IMG/VR virus record: IMGVR_UViG_3300027963_000035
Coordinates: 1-64,000 of that record
DNA: 64,000 bases
Strand: one strand, 5' to 3'
Part shown: one piece after another, positions 47,626 through 56,608 of the stretch
Numbering within the stretch: the stretch's first letter is position 1
Layout: each line of letters opens with the position of its first letter
The notes under the pieces: generated by a model
The model's database searches: none
Told to the model about the DNA's origin: nothing
What the model saw: only the letters and a program-made list of their open reading frames with translations
Program-made: the position numbers and the translations under genes

Positions 47626-48412
47626 TTCTCTTTGCAATCTTGGACACATACTCTAAAGAAGGGGTGTGGTCCATTTTAGATAAAAGATTTATTGGATTAT
47701 CGGATGCCATGGAGAAATTCATATCATTACTTTTATATAGTTTTTTATTAAACATGGGATTAACTCCATGCCTATAGCTTATTATATCTTTTAATTGACT
47801 CTCTATTAGATTTCCTTCGATATCATTACTGGCTAATATTTTACTGACTTTATGTTTGCACAAAGTCGCAAATAATGCCACTTTATCAACTTGATATTTG
47901 TTTGGATCCAATCCCACCATTTGACATAATATTGCCATATCCTTAAAGAAATTTAATGATAATTCATTAAAAACAAACACTTCACCCAGATTAAGCCATT
48001 TATCCATTTCATTTTTTGATAGTCTAATTAATTTGGCATATCTTTTATTATAAACAAAGTCAGGATCAATAGAAAATATAAATTGTTTATCTTGTATTTT
48101 TATATCTTTTTGTATGACTGTATCGGGATCTAGTACGGTCACGGGTAAACTTAGTATGTTGTTCTCCATAAGAGTGTAAAGAGAACCCCATTTATTTAAT
48201 TTGAGTATACCTGTTTCTCTGCCTATATTTTTATGAATATATTTATTGGCATGTGTTGAAAGATTTTTATTATTTTTAAGATACTCTTTGTCTGCCTGAG
48301 CCACCGATATATATAGATTGTCCTCTAGACCCAATACCTTGAAGCTTTCTATCAATAATTCTAGTTGCCAATTATGGTAGTAAGAATCTTCTACCGAGAC
48401 AAAATAATTCAT
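47609..48412 (-). CDS. GT-A glycosyltransferase resembling plant GT95/GT96 (Hyp-arabinosyl/Ser-galactosyl transferases)
   Basis: FVSVEDSYYHNWQLELLIESF, LNKWG and VLDPD parallel the recalled SGT1/HPAT motifs FSVEC-x-x-YFDWQ...HSF, NKP and ILDAD. Confidence 0.6.
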   Translation of the reverse strand: MNYFVSVEDSYYHNWQLELLIESFKVLGLEDNLYISVAQADKEYLKNNKNLSTHANKYIHKNIGRETGILKLNKWGSLYTLMENNILSLPVTVLDPDTVIQKDIKIQDKQFIFSIDPDFVYNKRYAKLIRLSKNEMDKWLNLGEVFVFNELSLNFFKDMAILCQMVGLDPNKYQVDKVALFATLCKHKVSKILASNDIEGNLIESQLKDIISYRHGVNPMFNKKLYKSNDMNFSMASDNPINLLSKMDHTPSLEYVSKIAKRIINRI

Positions 48413-48843
48413 ATTATTTCTTGATCTGTTCCTCTGCTACAATATCTTTTTTTACTGCACATGGTTGATTCATCTACGTTACTCATTCCATCTGTGCTTA
48501 ATAGAAAGTATCTCTGATATAGTCTATAGACTTCGCTATATGCAACTCCCCATGATGCATCGTGGGAAAAATCATCGAATTTGTCTTGACTATCCAAGTT
48601 ATCTAGTAGATGATTCCAAGCACGGGCATGTGCCCATTCATGTAAAAGAGTGTCTATAGCAGAATCTTCTGGCAGATCTCTGTTAATTCTTATAAAGAAT
48701 TTCTTTTTATATTTTACACAATCTCCATCAAGACATCTTCCCATTGCCACTCTTCTAACGCTGATTTCATACGCTAAAGGGCAATGCTTTTTAAGAATTT
48801 TAACTACATCTTTGTAATCTGTAAATTTATTTTTCATTTTCAT
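48409..48843 (-). CDS. Small HExxH zinc metallopeptidase (SprT/ImmA-like)
   Basis: DTLLHEWAH and a distal H (FSHDASWG). Confidence 0.7.
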   Translation of the reverse strand: MKMKNKFTDYKDVVKILKKHCPLAYEISVRRVAMGRCLDGDCVKYKKKFFIRINRDLPEDSAIDTLLHEWAHARAWNHLLDNLDSQDKFDDFSHDASWGVAYSEVYRLYQRYFLLSTDGMSNVDESTMCSKKRYCSRGTDQEII

Positions 48844-48939
48844 GATCTCCCTATTATATCTTAATCGAGCCTGGAATAAAACACTATTGTATTTAGATTT
48901 ATTGGGATTAACTTTAATGTTTAAATATAATTAAATAAT

Positions 48940-48984
48940 TTTTTTGTCGTAAGTGCTTTTAAAATAAGGACTTACGACAAAAAA
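48940..48984. repeat. Perfect 15-bp inverted repeat in a divergent intergenic region
   Basis: ttttttgtcgtaagt (15-nt spacer) acttacgacaaaaaa. Confidence 0.9.
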
Positions 48985-48994
48985 CAATTGCTAT

Positions 48995-49023
48995 TGAAAA
49001 GCATTGAATTGTGGTGTATTCTA
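48995..49023 (+). promoter_or_regulatory. Sigma70-type promoter
   Basis: TTGAAA-17 bp-TATTCT upstream of 49068. Confidence 0.55.
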
Positions 49024-49067
49024 ATTTGTGAATTGAATAATTTATACTTTAAATAGAAAGAAATTAA

Positions 49068-49349
49068 ATGGAGATCAAAGTTTTGAAGCTCGTGAGTGGA
49101 GAAGAATTCATATGTGCATTGGAGGCAAAAGATGATTTCTATGTAGCCATCAAGCCCCAAAAGTTCCTTATGACCCAGAATGGAATCGCAAGTATGCCCT
49201 TGATTCCATACTCGAAAGATGAAAAGTATTTGATTCACAAGAGCCATGTGATATTGACATGCGAGCCAGATGATGATATCAAAAACGTCTATAACTCAGA
49301 GCACGGTACAGGCGTTGTAATTGCAAAAAATAGTATAATAAAGGGTTGA
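49068..49349 (+). CDS. Sm-like fold protein conserved in T4-like phages
   Basis: IKVLKLVSGEEFI...P-x-x-PY...P...Y-x-x-x-H/F-G pattern. Confidence 0.6.
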   Translation: MEIKVLKLVSGEEFICALEAKDDFYVAIKPQKFLMTQNGIASMPLIPYSKDEKYLIHKSHVILTCEPDDDIKNVYNSEHGTGVVIAKNSIIKG

Positions 49350-49825
49350 AAATGCCAAAAAAGATTTGTGATAAATGCAAAAAAGAAAATGGTGTAAGAG
49401 CCAGAAGATGTAAATTTTGTGATGCCGGCTTTGCATTTAAAATAAAAAAAGATAAGCCCAAGGCAACTAGAATAGACTGGAAGGAGCTCCAAAGCGGAGA
49501 CATTATAAAAGTTTTGGGTGGTGGTCCAATATGGAAAACATCCGACAGCCCTTCTTCTAAAACAGAGGTGGAGGAATATGATGATGAAGACGATGATGAC
49601 AACGAAGATGAAGATGGTTCTTCGAACTTAAAAAATAAAACACGTGACAAAATTTTAATGGGTTATCGTGGAAAGTTCAAAGTTTTTAGATTAGATCAAA
49701 ACGGAATAGTCGCCTATGGAATAGAAAAGAATTCTGGCTATTGTCATATTTGGATGGCTGAAGAAAAATTAATTGATGGTAAATTATTAAAGAGGCCTCA
49801 CAGGATAACCAAAGTTGCATGGTAA
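49346..49825 (+). CDS. Zinc-ribbon hypothetical protein with an acidic insert
   Basis: CDKC...CKFC; EEYDDEDDDDNEDED. Confidence 0.6.
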   Translation: MKMPKKICDKCKKENGVRARRCKFCDAGFAFKIKKDKPKATRIDWKELQSGDIIKVLGGGPIWKTSDSPSSKTEVEEYDDEDDDDNEDEDGSSNLKNKTRDKILMGYRGKFKVFRLDQNGIVAYGIEKNSGYCHIWMAEEKLIDGKLLKRPHRITKVAW

Positions 49826-50571
49826 ATCATGCTTATATTAAGGGGTTTAGCACTTTACCTGATTTAAAGAAGATAAACCCAGAACAGGTCTTTGAAAAAG
49901 ACAGAAAAGATTCTGAATTTATACAAAAAGAAAAAAGAATTGCTCTATCTCAGCAAGAATTCTTTTTTGAAAACCACATATCTGAAGATATATATGAGTC
50001 CTGCGAAAGGTTCATACTGGATAATTACCCCATAAGTCTACAGAGTGGAAAATATATCGATATAGCCAGAGAAATAGATGAAGATCTAATAATTCATAGG
50101 ATAAAAAATAATAAAGATTGGATGGCTAGTGGACATGTCTGCTTCCCCAGTAGTTGGAATCCGGCTGAAAAAATAGGCATGTCTTTTGATGAGTTGCATT
50201 CTCCAGTTCCAATGAGTTTAAAAAATAGCACTAAAATAGTTAATGCAATAATAAACTCTGGGATATTTGAAAGATATCTTTGGAGTGTGGTTCATGAGAG
50301 GAAATATAACTATCATCCAAGGTTTCCATTCATAAATTTTGACAAGAATGACCCTAAGGTTTTTATAAAAATAGAAAGACAAGTCACCGTAGGATTCCCA
50401 GATAAGGGTTTTTGTCTTTTTATTTTAAGACAGTACCTGATTGATGAAGAGGATATAGACAAAGAAAGCTTGATTAAAACAATAAATAATATGACAGAAG
50501 AGCAAAAAAAATATAAAGGTCTGTCAGATTCTAAAGATTTAATTGACTATCTTGGGCAAAATATTTCTTAA
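49819..50571 (+). CDS. DUF3445 / haem-dependent oxidative N-demethylase alpha-subunit-like protein
   Basis: EDLII...GHVCFPSSWNPAEKIGMSFDELHSPVP, ERYLWS and IERQ. Confidence 0.75.
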   Translation: MVNHAYIKGFSTLPDLKKINPEQVFEKDRKDSEFIQKEKRIALSQQEFFFENHISEDIYESCERFILDNYPISLQSGKYIDIAREIDEDLIIHRIKNNKDWMASGHVCFPSSWNPAEKIGMSFDELHSPVPMSLKNSTKIVNAIINSGIFERYLWSVVHERKYNYHPRFPFINFDKNDPKVFIKIERQVTVGFPDKGFCLFILRQYLIDEEDIDKESLIKTINNMTEEQKKYKGLSDSKDLIDYLGQNIS

Positions 50572-51351
50572 AGATTTTTTGTCATGTATCGTGTATTCTT
50601 TTCTTCCATACTGTACACCATTTTTGCACTGATTAAAATATACTGAATCAAAGAATAGTTTATCTGGTTCTACTAAATAAATTTCTATATCATTATTATT
50701 TAAATGTTGATTTATATCTCTTATCATTATCTCATACAAACTAATATCGAGTGCTCTAAAGGCCATTTCTAATGGCTTTAAAATTCCCTTTGCGCCTTCC
50801 CAATAAGAAAGAGTTAAAGGTCTACCCATTATCACATATATTTCGTTATATCCTAAATCTATGCATTGTTTTAATGGCGCTAATTGGCGACTGCCGGCAT
50901 CAACCCAGCCGTTTCTATCTTCTACTAGTCCTGTAATTGCAACGCTTGAAAGCACATTTTCCTTAAACTCATCTGCTGTTATTCCTTTATTGGAAACATA
51001 CATCATCTCTCCAGAATGAATATTTAACTTAGAAACTATACTTTCACATACTGGGGTGTTCTTTAATGCGTTGGAAACTATTTTTTCCATTGGTTTTTGA
51101 TTTAACATCCCTGTTTTTCTCCAGGGAAAGTAATTAATCCCAAAAACATCAAATATGTTTTTTATATTAGACCACATATCTGCAACACCTTGTGGCCCCA
51201 AATAAGCATAACTAGCTGCGCATATACTCCCAGAACTGATCCCTATTGTTAATTCTGGTTTTATATTACTCTCATATAGAGATAAAGCTATTCCCGCTTG
51301 TATACTTCCTCTAGCTCCTTCTCCCGTAAAACAAAAAGCAGTTCTTTTCAA
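50539..51351 (-). CDS. Patatin-like phospholipase
   Basis: GEGARG (oxyanion), GISSG (GxSxG) and VDAG (catalytic Asp). Confidence 0.88.
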   Translation of the reverse strand: MKRTAFCFTGEGARGSIQAGIALSLYESNIKPELTIGISSGSICAASYAYLGPQGVADMWSNIKNIFDVFGINYFPWRKTGMLNQKPMEKIVSNALKNTPVCESIVSKLNIHSGEMMYVSNKGITADEFKENVLSSVAITGLVEDRNGWVDAGSRQLAPLKQCIDLGYNEIYVIMGRPLTLSYWEGAKGILKPLEMAFRALDISLYEIMIRDINQHLNNNDIEIYLVEPDKLFFDSVYFNQCKNGVQYGRKEYTIHDKKSLRNILPKIVN

Positions 51352-52004
51352 GGTAGTTCTTTCTTTTTAACATATCTCGATAATGGTGCCGGACTTGAAC
51401 TTGGTTGTTCTGATTTAAATATATCTTTTAATCTACTATCTTCTTCTTCTGCCCGAGTATCTAATTTTTCTTTACTTGCGGCAGCAAACCAAGATCTTAA
51501 TTTATCTATTTGTTTTTGATCTATCTCTTTTTGTTTTGAAATCACATCCTCTATCTCTTTTTCTTTATATTGACTTGCAAATTTTTTATATTGTCTTTCA
51601 GATAATTTAATCCAAAGGTTTTTGGCGCCCATTGCATCCAGTTGCTGTTGATCTCTTGGTATTAGCTCCCTGCCCATTAGATCTTTTTTTAGGTATAGTT
51701 CATCTATGGATATAATTGTTAATCTTTGATTATATAGATTTAGAACCTTAACAGTAGAATTTCTTACTTCTACTATTTTTGCGATTTGATTCTTCGATAC
51801 TTCCGGACCTAAATCTACTATATCACCTATTGAGATGGCCATTCTTTTTGCATCTTCGTCTGATATATCCGTTCTTTGATATGCTGACGATCTCCTCGAC
51901 AGACTAGTTTTTTCCCTGGATAAACCACTATCCAGGGGCATGAACTCAAAGTTTTCATAAAACTCTGGGTGGTTATCTACTATCCACTCTGAGAAAAGTT
52001 TCAT
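51348..52004 (-). CDS. CTS-like protein (MKLFSEWIVD)
   Basis: 218 aa ORF. Confidence 0.65.
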   Translation of the reverse strand: MKLFSEWIVDNHPEFYENFEFMPLDSGLSREKTSLSRRSSAYQRTDISDEDAKRMAISIGDIVDLGPEVSKNQIAKIVEVRNSTVKVLNLYNQRLTIISIDELYLKKDLMGRELIPRDQQQLDAMGAKNLWIKLSERQYKKFASQYKEKEIEDVISKQKEIDQKQIDKLRSWFAAASKEKLDTRAEEEDSRLKDIFKSEQPSSSPAPLSRYVKKKELP

Positions 52005-52033
52005 GCAGTATATATGCAGCGTCTATATTAAAT

Positions 52034-52264
52034 TCATTTAATAAGCATGTAGATTAAGACTAATATCTGGGCTGCTATCACGCCAAGTAAAACCTTATCT
52101 GTTACCGATGGGTATGAATCTTTACTTTTCTTCTTGTCTGCAACCTTTGCTTCTAATTTTTTGATCATATCTACTTTTTTGGTTGCTGGTTCTAGAGATT
52201 GGGCTTTTACTACGGTGTTCTTTTTTGGTTTTGAATTTCTTTGTGGTTTATTTTTTTCGTTCAT
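52034..52264 (-). CDS. Small basic protein with a C-terminal transmembrane helix
   Basis: Lys-rich, ending VLLGVIAAQILVLIYMLIK; AAGGA Shine-Dalgarno before ATG 52264. Confidence 0.55.
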   Translation of the reverse strand: MNEKNKPQRNSKPKKNTVVKAQSLEPATKKVDMIKKLEAKVADKKKSKDSYPSVTDKVLLGVIAAQILVLIYMLIK

Positions 52265-52308
52265 GTGTTTCCTTTTCTTATAATATATAGAGTAATAATT
52301 ATCAAAAA

Positions 52309-52824
52309 TCACAGGTTCCATTTTTCTTTCAAATAATTAATTAAACTTGATTTCTTTTCTTCAAATTTTTCTTTTCTAATATCTTTTTTCTGTTTTTCGT
52401 ATTCTTTTTCTCTCTTCTCTGCTATTAGATATAATTTTTCTACTTTTGATTCCCATTCCTCATCTGGGTAGTAGCTCTCCAGTTCACCTGCGATTTCTTC
52501 ATAAACTTTTCTTGAATTATAAAAGACCTTTATCAATTTATCATCACTAAAAGCCAATATTTCTAAATTATATCCATTTCTGAGTCCATCAAAAGCGTGG
52601 CCAATACATTCTGAGTATTCGTTTTCGTCCATTGTTCTTATATCGTTTTCATTGGTGTTCCAGAAATTGTCATAAATTATATAATTGCTTTCTTCATTAT
52701 GTCTTATAATTGGTTCACCTACATTTTTGGCTATCAAATATAGCTTTCCATTGACTCCCATAAACTGTTTTTTCACAGCTTCTATTGTTCTTTTTTCTTT
52801 TATTACCTGTTCATTGAATTTCAT
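52309..52824 (-). CDS. Hypothetical protein
   Basis: 171 aa ORF preceded by two TATAAATA motifs on the minus strand. Confidence 0.65.
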   Translation of the reverse strand: MKFNEQVIKEKRTIEAVKKQFMGVNGKLYLIAKNVGEPIIRHNEESNYIIYDNFWNTNENDIRTMDENEYSECIGHAFDGLRNGYNLEILAFSDDKLIKVFYNSRKVYEEIAGELESYYPDEEWESKVEKLYLIAEKREKEYEKQKKDIRKEKFEEKKSSLINYLKEKWNL

Positions 52825-52896
52825 TTTAATTTTTTCTATTTATATGAACTATATATTTATAGAAGTATATACAACTTTAGAAAAAAGGAGTTTTCT

Positions 52897-54264
52897 ATGT
52901 GGGGCTTATTTAAAAAAGTATTTGGTAAGAAATTAATCTCTGATAATCCTTCTGCTCCCATTCAATTTTGGGTAAATGATCCAACTTTACCTGAGCTAGT
53001 AAAAGAAATACCGGCTAATTCAACTCCTTCTTTGCCCATGAAGGTCGATGGGTATAAGGGTTCGGGTCATAAAGTAGGCACCCCCGAGTGGAGAGCCGCC
53101 AGTTGTTATGGAATTTTAGTTAATACCATGGACAATATTATTCCAAAGATTAAAAAATTTCCACAAAAGTGGGCCGCAACAAAACAATTAACTGTCTACC
53201 CTGTGGCCGGCAAGGAATTAAATGCATTCTACGATAGAAGAAGTTTAAAGTTTTTTTATGAATTTGATCCGGTTGCAAAGAAGAACATCTATTCCGCAGA
53301 CTCTGCTGACATAGTTTCTCATGAATTGGGTCACGCTCTACTAGACTCTATCCGCCCAGATTTTTGGAACGTTCAATCTTATGAAATATGGGCTTTACAT
53401 GAAAGTTTTGGAGATATAGTTGCTATAACAAGCATATTAGAAAATGAAGATGTTATTAAATATATAATAAAGGAAACTAAAGGAGACTTATCTAAAAGCA
53501 ACTCAGTGTCAAAGCTTGCCGAGCAATTTGCAAAGATTTTATTTAATTTAACAAAAGGGAAAGGCGGATATAATCCTCATTCATTGAGAGACGCCGCTAA
53601 TGAATTTTATTATGTTGCCCCTGAAAATTTAAGGAATGAGACCCCGTATAACATTCTCAGCAGAGAGTGTCATAGTTTTAGTAGAGTTTGGACAGGCGCC
53701 TGGTATGAATGTTTAGTTGAGATTTACAACGATAGTGTCAAAAATGGATCCTCTCCTATTCAAGCTTTAATATTTGCAAGGAACATAACTTTTCATTATT
53801 TCGTAACTGCGGTATCCCAAACCCCCATCACAAACAGATTGTTTGATGCTTTGGCGCAAAAAATGATAGCTATAGATGCCGATAACGGATCAAAGTTATC
53901 ATCAATTTTAACCCGAGTTTTTACAAAAAGAAATATATTATCCACTAATGTTAAATCTTTGTCTTTAAATGATATCTCAATCCAGAGTTCCGGTGAGCCC
54001 ATAAAGAAAATAAGAATTTCAGATTATTTTGAAAGATCTATGGTGTTAAATCAAAAACTATATGATTTAGAAATCGAAATTCCCTCTGAAAATAGGGTAG
54101 AATTTAATAAGGATGGCATTGTTTCCCTGTGTGTTAGGAACGATTTTCAAGAGAACGCCAATATTGCAATTATGTGCATCAACACTCTAAGTGCGGGAAA
54201 TCTAATAGATAACTTGTTTGTTATTGAAAATAATAAGCTAGTTCGCCAGAAATTCATAAATTAA
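52897..54264 (+). CDS. Zinc metalloprotease, thermolysin/fungalysin (M4/M36)-like
   Basis: LNAFYD, VSHELGHALLD and ALHESFGD; AAGGAG Shine-Dalgarno. Confidence 0.88.
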   Translation: MWGLFKKVFGKKLISDNPSAPIQFWVNDPTLPELVKEIPANSTPSLPMKVDGYKGSGHKVGTPEWRAASCYGILVNTMDNIIPKIKKFPQKWAATKQLTVYPVAGKELNAFYDRRSLKFFYEFDPVAKKNIYSADSADIVSHELGHALLDSIRPDFWNVQSYEIWALHESFGDIVAITSILENEDVIKYIIKETKGDLSKSNSVSKLAEQFAKILFNLTKGKGGYNPHSLRDAANEFYYVAPENLRNETPYNILSRECHSFSRVWTGAWYECLVEIYNDSVKNGSSPIQALIFARNITFHYFVTAVSQTPITNRLFDALAQKMIAIDADNGSKLSSILTRVFTKRNILSTNVKSLSLNDISIQSSGEPIKKIRISDYFERSMVLNQKLYDLEIEIPSENRVEFNKDGIVSLCVRNDFQENANIAIMCINTLSAGNLIDNLFVIENNKLVRQKFIN

Positions 54265-54441
54265 TTTTTTAAAATAAACATACTATATATAATTTTGTGT
54301 CAAAACTACTTTATTCCTATGGGTTTATAGTTATTCATATAGTTTTAATCTTAGTGTTTTGATATTGAATTTTAGAAATAAGTTGTTAAAATGACATCGC
54401 ACTTAATTTTAATTTAATAATCATTAAAGAGAAAGGCAGAA

Positions 54442-54819
54442 ATGGCAAGAGTTATCGACTTCGAAACAATGGAAATTGTGAATTTTTGTTATTTCTTGGA
54501 AGCCTCTGACGATTACGATGATTACGATGATAATGATGAATGGTATAAAGAAGACGAAGACGATAATTATGATAACGATGAAGATGATAAGGAATATGAT
54601 TATGAGTGGTATAAAGGAGAGGACGATGAAGATGAGGATGAAGACGACGATCATGAATACGAATATTTAGATGAAGATGAAGATGAAGATGAAGATGAAG
54701 ATGAAGATGAAGATGAAGATGAATGGTACAAAGACGATGAGGATGATTATGAAGATGAAGAGGAAGAAGATTATGAAGATGAAGAAGATGAAGAAGACGA
54801 TGATGATTATGAATACTAA
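54442..54819 (+). CDS. Extremely acidic low-complexity protein (Asp/Glu/Tyr-rich)
   Basis: About 70% D/E after residue 19, three EWYK motifs and gatgaa x9 at 54670-54723. Confidence 0.7.
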   Translation: MARVIDFETMEIVNFCYFLEASDDYDDYDDNDEWYKEDEDDNYDNDEDDKEYDYEWYKGEDDEDEDEDDDHEYEYLDEDEDEDEDEDEDEDEDEWYKDDEDDYEDEEEEDYEDEEDEEDDDDYEY

Positions 54820-54835
54820 ATGAATAGATAATTCT

Positions 54836-56608
54836 ATGGCCGATTATAGCGAATACTATTATAAGCTTTACGATAAAAGATATTACACTCTTCATCCTTA
54901 TGAATTAGCAATTAATCCTGAAGAGACAATCGAAGAAACAAATCTTTATGATCTTGAGACACAAAAAAAAGAACTATTAAAATGTGTCGATAGTTTTGAA
55001 TATTTTTGTCACAAATATATTAGAATATTGCATCCAACAAAAGGACTTGTTCCTTTTGTTTTGTTTAATTACCAAAGAAAAGTAATTAAAGATTACGAGA
55101 ACAATAGATTTAATATAATCTCTAAATTCAGACAGGGAGGATTGACCACTGTCACTCTCTTGTGGGGCTTGTGGAGATGTATGTTTAAACTCGATCAGCA
55201 GGTTATGCTTCTTTCTAAAACTGATCGTGAAGCCACAGAAACTGGCATGATAGTAGATAGAGCAGTAGAAAATCTTCCGGTTTGGTTGATCCCTAAAAAA
55301 ACAAGTAAATGGAATGATCATTTAAAAATGTTTGTTGACACAGGCGGAGCTTTAAAGTTCTATTCTCCGGAAGCTGCTCGTGGTAAAAGCGTAACATTTT
55401 TAATTATAGACGAAGCGGCGTTTATTCCTGAGATGGAAAAGCATTGGAAGGCTATGTGGCCTGTATTAAGTACGGGTGGCAGTTGCACTCTGGTTTCTAC
55501 TGTTAATGGCGTTGGAAATTGGTATGAACAAACCTACAACGACGCTCGAGAAGGCCGAAATATGTTCCATGTAATAGATTTGGATTACTGGGAGCACCCT
55601 GAGTATAATGATCCTAAGTGGGTTGAAGAGCAAAAAGCTCAATTGGGCGAAAAAGGTTTTCTACAAGAAGTTCTTAGAGAATTTTTAGGATCCGGAGAAA
55701 CATATATCCCTTCTGCTCTAATCAGAGAAATGTCTGAGTTTACAATTCACAATAATCCTATTAAAAAGTTATTTCCAAAATGGGTCAATAAAACAGGAAG
55801 GGCCGCACAGCTAGATGGAGCAGATAACAATAAAGGAGCGCTCTGGGTGTGGAAAGAGCCTGTCGATGGAAAAGAATATATCATAGGAGCAGACTGTGCT
55901 GAGGGAATGGGAGAAAACGCAGATAGTAGTTGCTTCCATGTTCTTGAGATGGATACTTTGGAACAAGTTGCTGAGTTTTATAGTAATTTAGTCCCCCCTC
56001 ACATATTCGCACAAATATTAAAAGAGGTGGGCGTGTATTACAATACCGCACTTGTTATTGTTGAAGCAATGTCCCCTGGGGGAGCAGTATTAAGTTCGCT
56101 TGAAAATACTTTATATTACGAGAATATATTTTATGAAACTAAAAAAAGTGGCACTCAAACTCCTGGTTTAAAAGTGAACAGAGTTAATAGGCCATTATTG
56201 CTTGAGGCTATGCAGAACAGAATCTTAAACAAAGCCATTAAAATAAATAGTTCGAGATTCACTGCAGAATTACAAACATTTCAATACAATCCAGTGACCA
56301 AGAAGGCCGAGGCCCAAAAAGGGAAGCACGATGATGCCATAACTGCTCTTTGTGCTGCTATTTATGTAAGAGACAAACTAATAAACGATGTGCCAATTGG
56401 TGCTGATGCACCTAAGGAAATGCTTAATAAAATACAGGATGATGTGTATCAAGAAATTAAAAGAGAGCTATTCAATAGTTCTTATGAAGATTTTGTAGAA
56501 GAAGAAATAAGTTTCACCTCAAACGACAGTCTAAGTTCGGCTGACGAAGAAACTCTTATTAATATTTATAGAAAAAATTCAAAACTACTTGATGAATTTG
56601 GATGGTAA
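54836..56608 (+). CDS. gp17: Terminase large subunit (T4 gp17-like)
   Basis: SKFRQGGLTT (Walker A), LIIDEAAF (Walker B), STVNG, GADCAEG and HDD (nuclease). Confidence 0.95.
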   Translation: MADYSEYYYKLYDKRYYTLHPYELAINPEETIEETNLYDLETQKKELLKCVDSFEYFCHKYIRILHPTKGLVPFVLFNYQRKVIKDYENNRFNIISKFRQGGLTTVTLLWGLWRCMFKLDQQVMLLSKTDREATETGMIVDRAVENLPVWLIPKKTSKWNDHLKMFVDTGGALKFYSPEAARGKSVTFLIIDEAAFIPEMEKHWKAMWPVLSTGGSCTLVSTVNGVGNWYEQTYNDAREGRNMFHVIDLDYWEHPEYNDPKWVEEQKAQLGEKGFLQEVLREFLGSGETYIPSALIREMSEFTIHNNPIKKLFPKWVNKTGRAAQLDGADNNKGALWVWKEPVDGKEYIIGADCAEGMGENADSSCFHVLEMDTLEQVAEFYSNLVPPHIFAQILKEVGVYYNTALVIVEAMSPGGAVLSSLENTLYYENIFYETKKSGTQTPGLKVNRVNRPLLLEAMQNRILNKAIKINSSRFTAELQTFQYNPVTKKAEAQKGKHDDAITALCAAIYVRDKLINDVPIGADAPKEMLNKIQDDVYQEIKRELFNSSYEDFVEEEISFTSNDSLSSADEETLINIYRKNSKLLDEFGW

